Made by a program: the position numbers and the translations under genes | Assembly: GCA_028534125.1 (NCBI GenBank) | Contig: CM052832.1 | Span: 17,734,001-17,798,000, forward strand | Length of the DNA stretch: 64,000 nt | Origin: Lama glama | Lineage: Eukaryota | Reading direction: 5' to 3' | The notes under the pieces: generated by a model | The model's database searches: none | What the model saw: the letters and a program-made list of their open reading frames with translations, nothing else | Told to the model about the DNA's origin: nothing | Shown here: positions 1-11,583 of the stretch, one piece after another | Position numbering within the stretch: the first letter of the stretch is position 1 | How the letters are laid out: every line of letters begins with the position of its first letter

Positions 1-595
1 AACTCACTTTCTAACGGACTAGAAAAGGTTGGGGAACACGGGGCACTTCTAGTCAGGATGGCACAGTGAGTTGACACTTCAGCTCCAAATACATTGAGTA
101 ATAAACAAAAATAAAAACCTAAAAACATACCTGCTAAAAAATAAGATAAACATCTCTGTGGACCAGAAAGGAAACACAAGTGCACAATGGTCGCTACAGT
201 TGAAGCTGTGGGCATGTTGGGCTTCCGGCCATGACTGAAATTTTAGCCCCAGAGGAAAATGAGGGCCTAAAAGTGCTCCATGAAAGGAGGGACTAGCACC
301 AGCTCAGGGCTTGATGCCAGAGGCTGGGTGGGACTCACAGACACACACACACAGACACAGATAGACACAGAGAAAGATACAACTCTGTGACCAAGAACCT
401 TGTCAAGCCACCTGGTAGCCTGTGACTACATTGGTGATAACTGTGCTGCGACATGAAACAGGAGCCCAAAAACTCGGTTCCAGGGGGCCAGGTTAACAGT
501 AACAACAGAATAGCTAAACACGGAAGGAGACAGTAAACCAAATCAGGAAGAACTCAAAACGAGCCTAGAAACGAACATTTCAAAGCACATGAATC

Positions 596-903
596 GTAGA
601 AAACAAACTTACGGTTACCAGGGGGGAATGGGGGTGAGGAGGGATAAACTGGGAGTTCAAGATTTGCAGATACTAACTAGTATATATAAAATAGATAAAC
701 AACAAGTTTTTACTGTACAGTACAGGGAACTATATTCAACATCTTGTAGTAACCTATAATCAAAAAGAATATGAAAATGAATATATGCATGCATATGTAT
801 GACTGAAACATTATGCTGTACACCAGAAATTGACACAATGTTGTAAACTGACTATATCTCAACTAAAAAAAAGAAAGAAAGAAAAATGAGGCTCATTTAA
901 AAA
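596..903 (+). mobile_element. 5'-truncated LINE-1 3' end with A-rich tail, inserted into an older L1
   Basis: Typical artiodactyl L1 3'UTR text (AAACAAACTTACGGTTACCAGGGG...ATAGATAAACAACAAG...GTAAACTGACTATATCTCAA + A tail); candidate TSD AAA(G/A)CACATGAATC at 582-595 and 904-917. Confidence 0.8.
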
Positions 904-919
904 AAAACACATGAATCAG

Positions 920-1790
920 ATGCTAGGAAAGATGGTTAACAAAATCATTTGGAACATGAATTCAATCCAGATGAAATTATTTTCATCAAAAATCCTGAAA
1001 AAAATTAGGAGAATAAAGATACCCGAAAGGTAAATGATGACATACAATCCATGGCAAATAAACATGGAATTATGAAATAAAATAAGTAAAAATGAAGCAA
1101 GGATATCTGATATAAAAGCTGAATAGAAATTTTAGAAACTGATAAATTAGAGATAGAATAAACTAGATGATAATAGAAGAGGAATCCACTAGGACCTCTT
1201 ACAGAGAGACAAGGATGTACAATATGTGAACAAGCAGCTAAATGAAATGAATAGATTAATAAGCATATTCTACTCAGTGTCTTCTGGTAGGTCCAGAAGA
1301 AGGTAATATAAGGAATTTTAAAAAAGCAGCACAACGTAAAGAACTAACGGTTGAGAATTTTCCCAGAATTGAAGAAAAACATGAGTTCTTAGAGCAAAAG
1401 TGCACTGATGGACCAAGAAAGATGAACAAAAAATATAACCCTATCAGGACACACTTTTTCATGAAAATTCAGATTATAAAGGTTAAGTGTACATTGAAAA
1501 GCCACTAATGAGAAAAGATAAAATCCCTAAAAAAAATTTAAAAGGCAAGAAGATGGTAACCTTTTAACAGCAAACAATAGAAGCTAGAAGACAGTGAAGT
1601 AGTATCTTCAAAATGCTGAGGGAAAAAAAATTGTCAATTAGAATTTTACCCTAGCTAAACCATAATTAAAAAGGGAGGGCAAAATAAGGATAAGATATGC
1701 AAAGACTAAGCCTACTACCCAGAGAACCTTGCTACAGTAAAATATATAAAGGATGAACTTCAACAAGAGTGACTCCAGAAGGTGCTGGTA
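920..1790 (+). mobile_element. Degenerate old LINE-1 (L1M-like) ORF1-region fragment
   Basis: A-rich purine-biased strand with L1 ORF1 C-terminal-like text (AGCTAGAAGACAGTGAAGTAGTATCTTCAAAATGCTGAGGG...AGAATTTTACCCTAGCTAAAC). No intact ORF; boundaries approximate. Confidence 0.6.
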
Positions 1791-1810
1791 TACAAGAAGA
1801 GCGGCTCACA

Positions 1811-1948
1811 GAGGGTACAGCTCAGTGACAGAGTGTGTGCTTAGCATGCACAAGGTCCTGCGTTCAATCCCAATGCACCTCCATTAAAGATAAATACATA
1901 AGTAGGCCTAATTACCTAACCCCCCCCAAAACAAAGAAATTTTAAAAA
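1811..1948 (+). mobile_element. tRNA-Ala-derived SINE (camelid vic-1-like)
   Basis: GGGTACAGCTCAGTGACAGAG...CTTAGCATGCACAAGGTCCTGCGTTCAATCCC head with degenerate A and B boxes, then an AT-rich tail shared with the copy at ~21916-22053. Confidence 0.8.
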
Positions 1949-2759
1949 GTATCAGAAATTGATAAAACGTGTCAGAAAACCTAACAAACAAAAAAATCTA
2001 TTTTACATTTTAAAAAGAAACTGTTTACTAAGAGTGACTTACTATAATCAGCGGAAGGAGCTTCAGACAAGTGAAGTGGTTTTACAACACGCTAAATGTT
2101 ATGACAGAGGTATGCATGAGACGCATCGCATAACTCAAACATGTGGGACGCTATCAAGAAAGGCTTCCTGAAGGAGGTGACTGCTGAGTTGAGTCTTGAA
2201 GAACAGCTATGAGTTGGTTTGGCATTAGAGTGGAGAAGGGGTAGTTATGGGTGGTGTTTTGAGTTCAACAAGGTGGTGATGCATGAGCATGTGAGGCAGT
2301 GGGATATAGGGTGGGAGGGGGCTGGGAGAATGTTGAGCATATTAACAAAAAACAAATATATCGTGGGTCTGATAGCATAAGAAGAAAGAAGCACTGAGAG
2401 GGAAAAAAAGGGCTGTAGGACTAGAAATCTCCATGTGACTGAAGAACTGAATAGTGGGACAGAGAGAGCTAGAAGAAGAGCGAGTATGAGGAACACCCTT
2501 CCTGATGCTCTCTACCCAGTGAAATGCTACCCATTTTTTAAATGACCCAATTCAAACCCCAGCCACTCTGCAACCAGCAAGGCCTGAAGAGATAGATTTC
2601 TCCTCGCCAGAACCATGATCTCTAATTTGGCACATAATCATTCACCATCTCAAATCAATAGCTATCTTTTTATGGAGACTTAATAACCCCTTTAGGGCAG
2701 GGGTCCTCCCAGAACCCTGAGCTGGGCTTACAAAGTGAAAGGTAAAGACTTACTGACTT

Positions 2760-3190
2760 CTTAACAGGACCCACAAAGCCCTCATGTTCTGGCCCCTGAC
2801 CATCTTCTCTTTGCTACTCTACTCTGTCTCTCCACGTTCCAGTCACACTAGCTGTCATTCAAACCCACCAATTTCTTTCCCATTTTATTTTCCATGTGCT
2901 CTTTTGGCCTGGAATGCTTTCCCCCTCTATTGTTCACTTGTTTAATTCCTACTCTGCTTTTAGGATTCAGATGCCATGTTACTTCCTCAAAGAGGCCTTC
3001 TCTGATCTCTCCCTGCTATACAATCTATCATGGCATATTTCTTTGTGACTTTATTTGTTAATGCCTCTGTCACCAGACTATTATAAGCACCAGCTTACCA
3101 AAGATCATGTCCACTTTGTTCACTATCCCCAGAGCCTTGCACAGTGCCTGGCACATAATAAGTAGTCAATATACGTCTGCTGAATGATGA
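2760..3190 (+). mobile_element. LINE-2 3' fragment
   Basis: Ends in the L2 terminus motif GCACAGTGCCTGGCACATAATAAGTAGTCAATATACGTCTGCTGAATGATG; upstream CTGGAATGCTTTCCCC...AGGCCTTCTCTGATC. Confidence 0.7.
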
Positions 3191-3241
3191 AAAATTCTAA
3201 GGTCTCCAGAGGAGCCACATGACCTAAGTGTCAACACTAAC

Positions 3242-3917
3242 CACAATCCTGTTGGTGTTGAGGGTCCTGAGATTCACCCTTCAGCTGGATCTCTGTGGGT
3301 TGAGGCTGGAGATATGTTGCTTCCTTAGGTGGATCCAGAGGTACTGATGTCTCAGAAAGCACTTCCTGTGCACAGGCCTGGGTTGAAACCTGAGGACAAG
3401 GAGGCTCACTTAGGCATCTGAAGGGCCTATAGAGTAAATGATCCCCCGAGAACCCATAAAGGACCAGCATGGGCCCCCTCCCAACTCTCCCCTCACTGAA
3501 CAGAGGGCCTTTTCCTACCTGCTGGCCTGGTTCATCCAGCTGCCTCTCCAGATCTTCCAGCACAGCCACCGCCTCCTCCCTGCTCTCTGGATGATGCTCC
3601 TGTACCCAGGCCTGGAGCTCCCTGGGCAGGATGGTCAGGAAGTGCTCCAGCACCAGCAAGTCTAACATTTGCTCCTTGGTGTGTATCTCAGGCTTTAACC
3701 ATACACAGCAGAACACCCAGAGCTGGCCCAAGGCCTCACGGGGCCCAGGGATCTCCTTGTAGCAGAACTGTCAGAAGCATTGGCAGAATAACTCCTGGTT
3801 GTTTCAACTGCTCCCTTTTGGGCCAAATCGCTGACCCCTGGCAGTCCCCTTTTTATTACTTACTATGAAGAGCTCCTTTGGCTCTTCAGGAACTTTTGGA
3901 AGGAAAACAGCAGCCAT
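3242..3917 (-). pseudogene. SCAN-domain (ZSCAN-type) pseudogene B, two exons visible
   Basis: ATG at 3917; frame MAAVFLPK...[30 protein letters not shown]...[46 protein letters not shown] with in-frame TGA stops at 3806-3804 and 3773-3771. SCAN exon ends at 3519 (CAG|GTAGG). Next exon is 3389-3242 (148 nt, phase 1, ...QDC G|GTTAGT), mirroring ZNF165 structure. Upstream acceptor CCTTAG| gives an exon start at 3979. Confidence 0.85.
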
Positions 3918-4225
3918 TCCCACTCCAGTGGGCCAAGAAGAGGACTGCTGCTATGAGCGTTACCTTTTAGGGTGTACACCTAAGGTTACAGAAACCACAG
4001 TTTAAAAAAATATATATATGTATACATACATATCAAGCGAATTCAATATTTGAGCTCATACACTAAGTCTAATCTTTCTGTTCTAGAAGAAAAAGGAGGC
4101 TCAACCCAAATTAAAGAGAATTCAATGAAGATTTTTTTTTTAAATGTAAGGCAATTGAAACGTTTTTCCAAGTAGGAGAAGGGATGTTTGACCAGAGACA
4201 GCATTTTGGACAATAACGGGAATAT

Positions 4226-4740
4226 TGTTGGATGCTTGCTTCCTCCAAATAACACCAAGTATCAGTTGATAAGGCCAAGCCAAGTTTATTCTTATGAGCA
4301 CTAGAGAGCACTACTTGGACAGAGTCTTACTAGAATCTCCCAGGGAAGAAGGCAAAGTCAGGATATTTATGAGGTTTTGGGGGTTTAAAGCAGATCTTTC
4401 AAAGCAGAATAAGGATTGGGCAAGGATCATGATGCAATAGTTTAGGACTGAGGGACACAGCAAGGTGAAGGTTTTGAGTTGAAGATTTCAAAAACTCTAG
4501 TCCTATCCATTGAAAGCTGAAGAGTTTGATGTTCCCATTAATGGACTGAGGGGCAAGTTCTTGAAACAAATATAATTATTTGCAACTTTTGTCTTCCAGG
4601 GCAAGAATTTCCTAGAATAGTAAAGTTATGTTACTAAAGAAGTTGAATAGTGGGGTCATATTTAGGGAAGACTATCGAATAGTAAAGTCATGTTAGTGTA
4701 GGTATGAGGCTGTGTGAGTGTAGATGATTCCAGTTTTCCA
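4226..4740 (-). mobile_element. Probable solo ERV LTR
   Basis: Begins TGTTGG; has TTTATT (minus-strand AATAAA) near the left end and a GATATTTATGAGG TATA-like region, the layout of a reverse-oriented LTR. Family not determined. Confidence 0.45.
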
Positions 4741-6944
4741 TGTAATTGCAGACTTAAGCAGGGCCGATGGGTTTAAGGAGACGTGGACTACCATCTGACC
4801 AGCATGTGGGCAATGGTTAAGGGCCTAGGCTGTGGATTCCAACAGACCTGGGCTTGACACCTGTCATATTTTCTTATGTGTGGTGGCTCAACATCTCTAA
4901 ACTTCTATTTTTCCCCTTTGTAAAAATATCTTAGAGCTTTTAAAAACTTTTTATTTTGAAATAATTTTAAACCCGCAGAAAATTTCCAAAACAGGTACAG
5001 AACAATCCCTATAACCTCACCCTAATGGTAACATTTTACATAATCACAGAGTGATTACAAAAGGAAAATAATATTGTTACAATGTGATGAACTAAACAGC
5101 TGCCCTTATTACATAGGGTTGTTTTGAAAATAACCATGGAAAGCATTAAATTCAGTGCCTGGCACTTAGTAAGACCTTGGTTAAACGGCTGCAGTTACGA
5201 TTGTGACGGGGTCATTCAGAGCTGACTCCAGGGACCACTCAGGTACACTTCCTAGGTTTCCAGGCACAGAATGTAGGACCAGGCAAGGGAGCCCTCTAGT
5301 GCCTTCTCTGCGCCTAGCATCTGTTACTCACGGGGCATCTTTCAGAAACACCTTCACTTTCCCAGTAAAGATTAATTCAGGGTATTTTAGAGTGGGCTTG
5401 GACAAAGAGTATTTCAGGAGTCATTCAGAATAAAGGAAATGGGGCCACTTCTACATGTTGTCTTCCACTAGTTTAGATCTTCGAAAGAGTAAGACAATAT
5501 AGTGAGTTAACCAGCCAGACTAGAAACCCCTTTCCAATTTATCCTGTAACATAAACCGTACTGGCACATCACCATGACCAACCACAAGTCCCAGGCTCTG
5601 GAAGTGTTGGCTGTCTGTGTCCTCTAAGCACAAGCACCCGGCAGATCACAGAAGGCTTCCAGGAGTAGGTGACTGTGTTGGACAAACAGATGGTCTGCAC
5701 AGAACTACTTGATCAGCACCAGTGACCCAGGAGTCTCAGTCTCAGAAAAGTTCTGGGGCGCCAGCCAGGAGCTGGGCGGGCTCATGTGGGGTCTGTACTG
5801 GCTCTTCCAGCGCTGGCTGAGCAAGGGTGGCTCCCCTTACCTGCACCAAGGAGATCTGGGGTCTAGAGCATCACTTCTCCATTCCCATTCACCTCCCTGA
5901 GTCCTCTCGCCCTCCTGCCAACCTGCTTCCCTGGCCAGCATTCCCCATCCATCCCAACCTCTGTCAACCTGAATATATTTACCAGGCAGACACATTGCTC
6001 AATTAGAATACGTCCGCAGTATTCCCATCAGTACAGTCTTGCATAAATGACCCACAAGGAGAGGAAGGGAAAGGAGGAGGATTAAGGCACACAACGATGA
6101 GCGCTGCGCCGTACATTCTACTTACAACCCGGAAACACGCAAAAAGTTATGTGACCTGTCCAAGTCTGCACAACCCAGGGACAGGATGCATCCCACGCAC
6201 GTGTGACCCAGATCTGCCCTGGGATCCCTACAGCTTGGCCACAGGGAGTGCCACACTGCCAGAGGCCACCAGTTAAAATGACATGTATAGGAGTCTTATA
6301 CAGAGTGGCCATTCGTTTGTTCCACGATAAAGTTTAGCTGCTGAGTGAGTGGTACAGAATGACTGCTTCAAAACGTCTTTGGCAGACACCACAAAAGGTT
6401 TCTTAAAGAAAATTAGAACCCCAGGCAGAGAATAGAGTCTTCCGGAAAAATTTAACTGTTGAGGGGCTGTAGTATATAAAGGATGCTTCCACTTGGCAGG
6501 CTTTTATAGTTGGTGAATGGAGTGGGAAATGGATGTTGGGGAAAATTTTTTCCCTTCTAGGTTCTTTGGTTGGTCTAATAATTAAAATGGACATAAAACA
6601 GATTATCAGGAGAAAAACAAACTTAATTTTGTATGTATAGGAGCCACGTTGTTGCAAATGGCAGAATTTCCTTCTTTTTTATTTAAGACTTTTTACATTT
6701 CAGAAAACAAACAAAACTTGGGTTTATAAGAAAGTATGTTTGAAGCTGAGAAATTCATGAAAAGAATAAGGAAGGGTCATTTAAAATGCATTTTTTGTAT
6801 AACATGAATTTAAAATTGTATTTATTATTAATCTAAAAGTTAATAATCATGATACATGCATAGTGAGTCTTGGAAAAATATGTTTCATGTCAGGGTGAAC
6901 CCATCTCAAGATACTGACATTTAAAATATAGTTCTGTTTGTATT

Positions 6945-7160
6945 TTTAAAAATTCAGATATAATTGACAGCATTGTGTAAGTTTTTCGATAATAGCCATT
7001 CTAACAGGTATGAGGTGATAGTTCACTGGGGTTTTGATTTGCATTTTCCTTATGATCAGTGAGGCTGAGCATCTTTATATGTATCTCTTGGTCATTTTTG
7101 TGTCTTCTTTGGAAAAAATACCCTGTCGGTTTTTCTGCCCATTTTTAACTGGTTCTTCAG
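6945..7160 (-). mobile_element. LINE-1 fragments in reverse orientation
   Basis: AGCCATTCTAACAGGTATGAGGTGATAGTTCACTGGGGTTTTGATTTGCATTTTCC...GCTGAGCATCTTT is the antisense of the L1 ORF2 3' region. Confidence 0.75.
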
Positions 7161-7180
7161 TCAAAAATCTAATAATTTTT

Positions 7181-7783
7181 CCAGATAAAACTGTAATTCA
7201 AAAAGACACATGCACCCCAATGTTCGCAGAAACATTATTTACAATAGCGAAGACTTGGAAACAACCTTAAATGTCCATCAACAGATGAATGGATAAAGAA
7301 TCTGTGATATATACATATATAAATATAAAATGGAACATTACTCAGCCATAAAAAGAATGAAATAATGCCAGTTGCAGTAACATGGATGGACCTAGAGATT
7401 ATCATATTAAGTGAAGAAAGTCAGACAGAGAAAGACAAATATAATATGATGTCCCTTATATGTGAAATTTGAAAAAAAGATACAAATTTTATTTATAAAC
7501 CAGAAATAGACTCATGGACACACAAAACAAACTGTGGTAACCAGGATGGAAAGTGAGGGAGGGATAGATTAGGAGTTTGGGATTAACAGATACACATTAC
7601 TTTATATAAAATAGATAAACAACAAGGGCCTACTTATATAGCACAGGGAACTATATTCAATTTCTTGTAATGAGCTGTAATGGAAAAGAATCTGAAAAAT
7701 ATATATATGTATAACTGAATCATTTTGCTGTATACTGGAAACTAACACTGTAAATCGACTACACTTCAATAAAAAATAAGAAT
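7181..7783 (+). mobile_element. 5'-truncated LINE-1 (ORF2 C-terminus + 3'UTR)
   Basis: Encodes ...IQKDTCTPMFAETLFTIAKTWKQP (L1 ORF2 end), followed by 3'UTR and AATAAAAAA; candidate TSD AATCTAAT(A/T)ATTTTT on both sides. Confidence 0.85.
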
Positions 7784-7959
7784 GAAAACAATCTAATTAT
7801 TTTGTCTATCCAAGCAGACAACTATGAAGGACCTACTTACCTTCCCTGTTCATAATCTCTGTGAGAAAGGTTTGTAATCAAATAATGAGAACTGAAGAAG
7901 GGCCCTTTTTCAATTGGAGGCAGTACTGAAGAGGCAGATCTAAGAGATATTTTAGAATC

Positions 7960-8430
7960 ATTTGTGACCCTTTAAGACAACAGGGACTAAAGGAAAAAAA
8001 AACTCAAACAAGATTTAGATGAATCTGGAAGATCAGGTAGATGATATGGCTTCTATTACAAGGGAACAGGAAAGAGGGTACAAAATGGCTTTAGGTGATC
8101 CAGGGGATTCTGAAAAGGTAATTTTAAAACAAAAGAGTAAGTTTACTTTATAGAACGAGCACTAAATGTACAGTAGTGGTTAGGCTATGAAATTATACAT
8201 GATGAAAATACAAGATTTAAATAAAGGTAAATTTTATGAGAGCATTCTGGAATAGGTTTCTAAATGAAGTTAGGAAAGCTGGTACACAGCTTCTCACTGG
8301 CACTGATAACAGGGAGGACAGCACTGCAATATTCAGCATCATGTCCTTTGTTGGTGCGACCCAAGCTAAAATGCAATATTAGAGAGGATGGATATTCAGT
8401 CTGATTCAGCATGGTGCTGCTGATGTCTGA
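7960..8430 (+). mobile_element. Possible ancient CR1/L3 LINE 3' fragment
   Basis: Text resembles the CR1 ORF2 end (TTTAAAACAAAAGAGTAAGTTTACTTTATAGAACGAG...TTTAAATAAAGGTAAATTTTATG) and 3'UTR (GGATGGATATTCAGTCTGATTCAGCATGG). Very degenerate. Confidence 0.4.
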
Positions 8431-8514
8431 GGTGTTCCTAATGCTGTTCCACCTGGATAGCTGGCAGAGCTTTCCACCACTCCCTTTCCCTTCAAGATGG
8501 ATTCAGATGCTCAC

Positions 8515-9291
8515 CTTGCTCAGGAATGACCTGGAATTCTGCATATTCCCATTGAACTGTCTTTTCACGGTCTGGAAAGGAAGAGCTGGTGGCTCCTGTG
8601 CTGCTTGATGAGGAAACCTGGAATGCACTCCCATTCCACAGGTATGGGCTACAACCTGGAAACAAGATACAGTTGGGATTATGAAAGACTCAATGAGTAC
8701 CTTAGAAAGACACCTTAGGGAACAGTTCTCAGGGCACAGAATAGAGAAGGAATGTGAACAGTCTTGTCCCACCCTCAAGAGAAAGTAGAAACAGACTAAT
8801 ATACCTGGTCAGGCTGAGTAGAGACTGAAGCTCTGTAACCTTGTTCCCATGGTTGTATCGATGCTTCTCTCTCTGGCTAGGACCTTCATTCCCGAACATT
8901 CCCCCATTTGATCACACCTGCTGTCCTGTTACATCAAGTTGGCTCTCCAAATTCTCCAACATGATCACTGCTTCCTCTCCATTCTTTGGCTGATGCGCTA
9001 ACACCAGGCCTGGAGTTCCTCAGGCAGGATGGTCAGGAACTGCTCCAGCACCAGAAGCTCCAGGATTTGCTCCTTGGTGTGGCAAAGTTCCCAGAGTTGG
9101 TGCAGAGCCTCACAGGGTCCAGGTGTCTCCAGGTAATAGAAATGCCTATAGTTCTGACTAGCAGCTACCTCCTGGTTGTTGGAGGTCTTCCCAAGTACCC
9201 CATATTTGTGGCCCCAAGTGTTGTCCTTCTCTTTTACTGTCAGGAAACTTTTCGGTTCCCTTTGAGATTTACTAGCCAAAGTTGTGGCCAA
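8515..9291 (-). pseudogene. SCAN-domain pseudogene A (position matches human ZSCAN12P1, immediately 3' of ZNF165)
   Basis: ORF 9291-8998 encodes [40 protein letters not shown], lacking the WLRPE segment, then frameshifts and stops. The shifted frame continues HQPKNGEEAVIMLENLESQLDVTGQQ|GT (exon end 8918). Next exon is 8655-8515 (TTTCCAG|GTTGTAGCC...AAG|GTGAGC). No zinc-finger exon seen. Confidence 0.85.
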
Positions 9292-10625
9292 TATGGGCTA
9301 TAACGGTTTCAGTAAGCTCTTACTTCATGGGTTGGGGTGACAAAATTCACCAGAATTGTCAGTTTTTCCTTTTGAATTAATATTTCAGTGGTTCATTCAG
9401 TGAGTTTCAAGATGACTAGTCTTTAATTTCAGTTAAGGTTTCCAGTAACATTTGGCATTTCTCTAGGTTAAACATAATTTATTTTGCCTTCAGAATGACT
9501 CCAACAAATCACCCCCAAGGACTTTTGTAGTTCAAGGTCACTGGGAAACAAACACTAAGACATTTTCAATAAAGCCTCTTAGTGGAAAATTGTGTGCATT
9601 AGATGATCATGCTTCTAGTATGGAGGTTCTGCTCCTAGCTAGAGAGTTTTCATACAAAAACATTATACACTGTGGAATATTTAGGCCTTAAATAGCTTTC
9701 ATTTTTCACATCAGTGCAAGTGTTTAACAAACAGGTAAAACGAGTAACGCAAGATTCACCCTCATAGCATGAAATCACTGCAAGAGTTCCAACTTGTTGC
9801 AGATCCCTTTCCACTCTTCTCTCATGAGAAGAGAGTTCATGACCTTTATTTTTAGTATCAATTCCCTCAGCCTTCTTTCACCACTGTCAGTAGCCAGAGA
9901 ACCCTATTTCTGTTAAGAGAGATTCCCAGAACTACAGTTTCTATCTGCCTACCTGAGGAAGGTGCCAAAAATGCCCCACAGCATACATGGCAGTAAAATC
10001 CTGGTTAAACTTCTGGGTCCATCTCCTCCAAATTCTGACATTCAGTTCAATTTGAGTATCTTTCCTTACCTCTAACCTCAGCTCTTGCCTAGTTTACTTC
10101 TACTCTCCATCTTACTCCAATCTTTGGGTTATGGCCTCTTGCCCCGAATGCTCTTCTGGTTATATGTACTTCCCGGCATGACCTCTGGACAGATTTTGGC
10201 CTACATACTGGAATGCCACCATTGCATATGTCCTCTTGTCTGGTATAACTTCATTTTCTTGTGTCTTCATTTTTTAAAGGAATGTTCCCAAAGCACTCAT
10301 TGTTCAAGCTAGTCAACTCCTGGGCCTAACCTACCTCCTTCTGTGGAGGATTGTTAACTAGGGTTGATGATCAGTCTCTTTACCTGAATCTTCCTCCCCC
10401 TACACTGTATCATGGTTATTTCCCAAGAGTCCTTTTTTATGTTTCCATTGCCACAGATTAACTTATTTACTAGCCTCCCCAAATTTCTCTGATTTGACTT
10501 TAATAGTCAGTGGCAGAGGCACATTCCCAGTCTCACAGAAAGAAGACCATACGCAGAACAGCAAACTTGAGAATGAGAGAATAAAGAGACATTGGTCTTT
10601 CACTCATTCATCTCACCCAATATTT

Positions 10626-10631
10626 TTTATT
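10626..10631 (-). terminator. ZNF165: Candidate polyadenylation signal of ZNF165
   Basis: AATAAA on the minus strand ~45 nt after the TAA stop. Confidence 0.55.
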
Positions 10632-10675
10632 TAGTGTTTTTTATATTTTGCTATTTCCATGTGAATTTAAGTTCT

Positions 10676-11583
10676 TTACATTAAGAGGTTTTCCCTCTTG
10701 TGAATTCTCTGATGTTGACTAAGGTGTGAGCTCTGACTGAAGGCTCTCCCACACTCAGCGCACTCATAGGGTTTCTCTCCAGTGTGGATTCTCAGGTGTC
10801 GAATAAGGTGTGAGCTCACTCTGAAGGCTTTCCCACATTCACTACATTCATAGGGTTTCTCTCTGGTGTGAATTCTCTGATGTAGGATAAGATGTGAGTT
10901 CAGGCTGAATGCTCTCCCACATTCTTTGCATTCAAAGGGTCTTTCCCCAGTATGAATTCTCTGGTGTCTAATAAGATCTGAGCTCCCCCCAAAGCCTTTC
11001 CCACACTCACTACATTCATAGGGTCTCTCTCCAGTATGGATTCTCTGATGCCTAATAAGCTTTGAGCTGTGTCTGAAAGCTTTCCCACATTCGTTACACT
11101 GATGGGTTTTCTCTCCACTGAAAACTGCTGCATGTTTAATAAGGCTTGGGCTCTTGAGAGACTTTCCATATTGGTTGTTTTTTTCTCCAGCATAAATTCT
11201 TTGATGCTTAATAAAATCTGAATTCCATTTGAAACTTTGGTCATAGGTACTGTTTTTATAAGATTTCTGGTGTGTAAATTCATTTGAGTTCAGATTTAGG
11301 CTTTTCTCACATCCATCATGGCTCATTATTTCACCTGTAAGTGTATTTTTGTGAGTGAGGATTTTACTAAAACCTCCATCTTGAGCAGACGGTGATCTCT
11401 GAGACTCCCCTGGTTCTTTTTCCCGTTGCCTCTTTATCCTGCCTGCAGGCTTACAGACGTCTTGAGGCTCAGCAGATCCTTCTGACACAAATCCTGAAAT
11501 TCTCCCTGATATAATTCTCTGTGATTCCATTTTATCATAAATGTCCAGCTTTGGCATGGATCCACTGTTTTCACTCCCATTAT
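10676..11583 (-). CDS. ZNF165: ZNF165 last coding exon: linker + five canonical C2H2 zinc fingers
   Basis: Acceptor TATTTTAG|ATAATG (phase 1, ...[15 protein letters not shown]). Five CxxC-12-HxxxH fingers with TGEKPY-type linkers; ends HKRENLLM*. 411+139+908 nt = 485 aa + stop, matching the recalled length and sequence of ZNF165. Confidence 0.95.

Noticed and set aside
1811..1885. Functional tRNA-Ala genes (also 14373-14440 and 21985-22053), plausible because the orthologous region is tRNA-rich
   Set aside because: Mutated D/T arms, A-rich tails, no T-run terminator, and TSDs at two of the copies: these are retroposed SINE copies.
3237..3731. 164-aa ORF as a SCAN-only protein
   Set aside because: It starts at TTG after an in-frame stop and reads through a 129-nt intron that happens to be open; it is part of pseudogene B.
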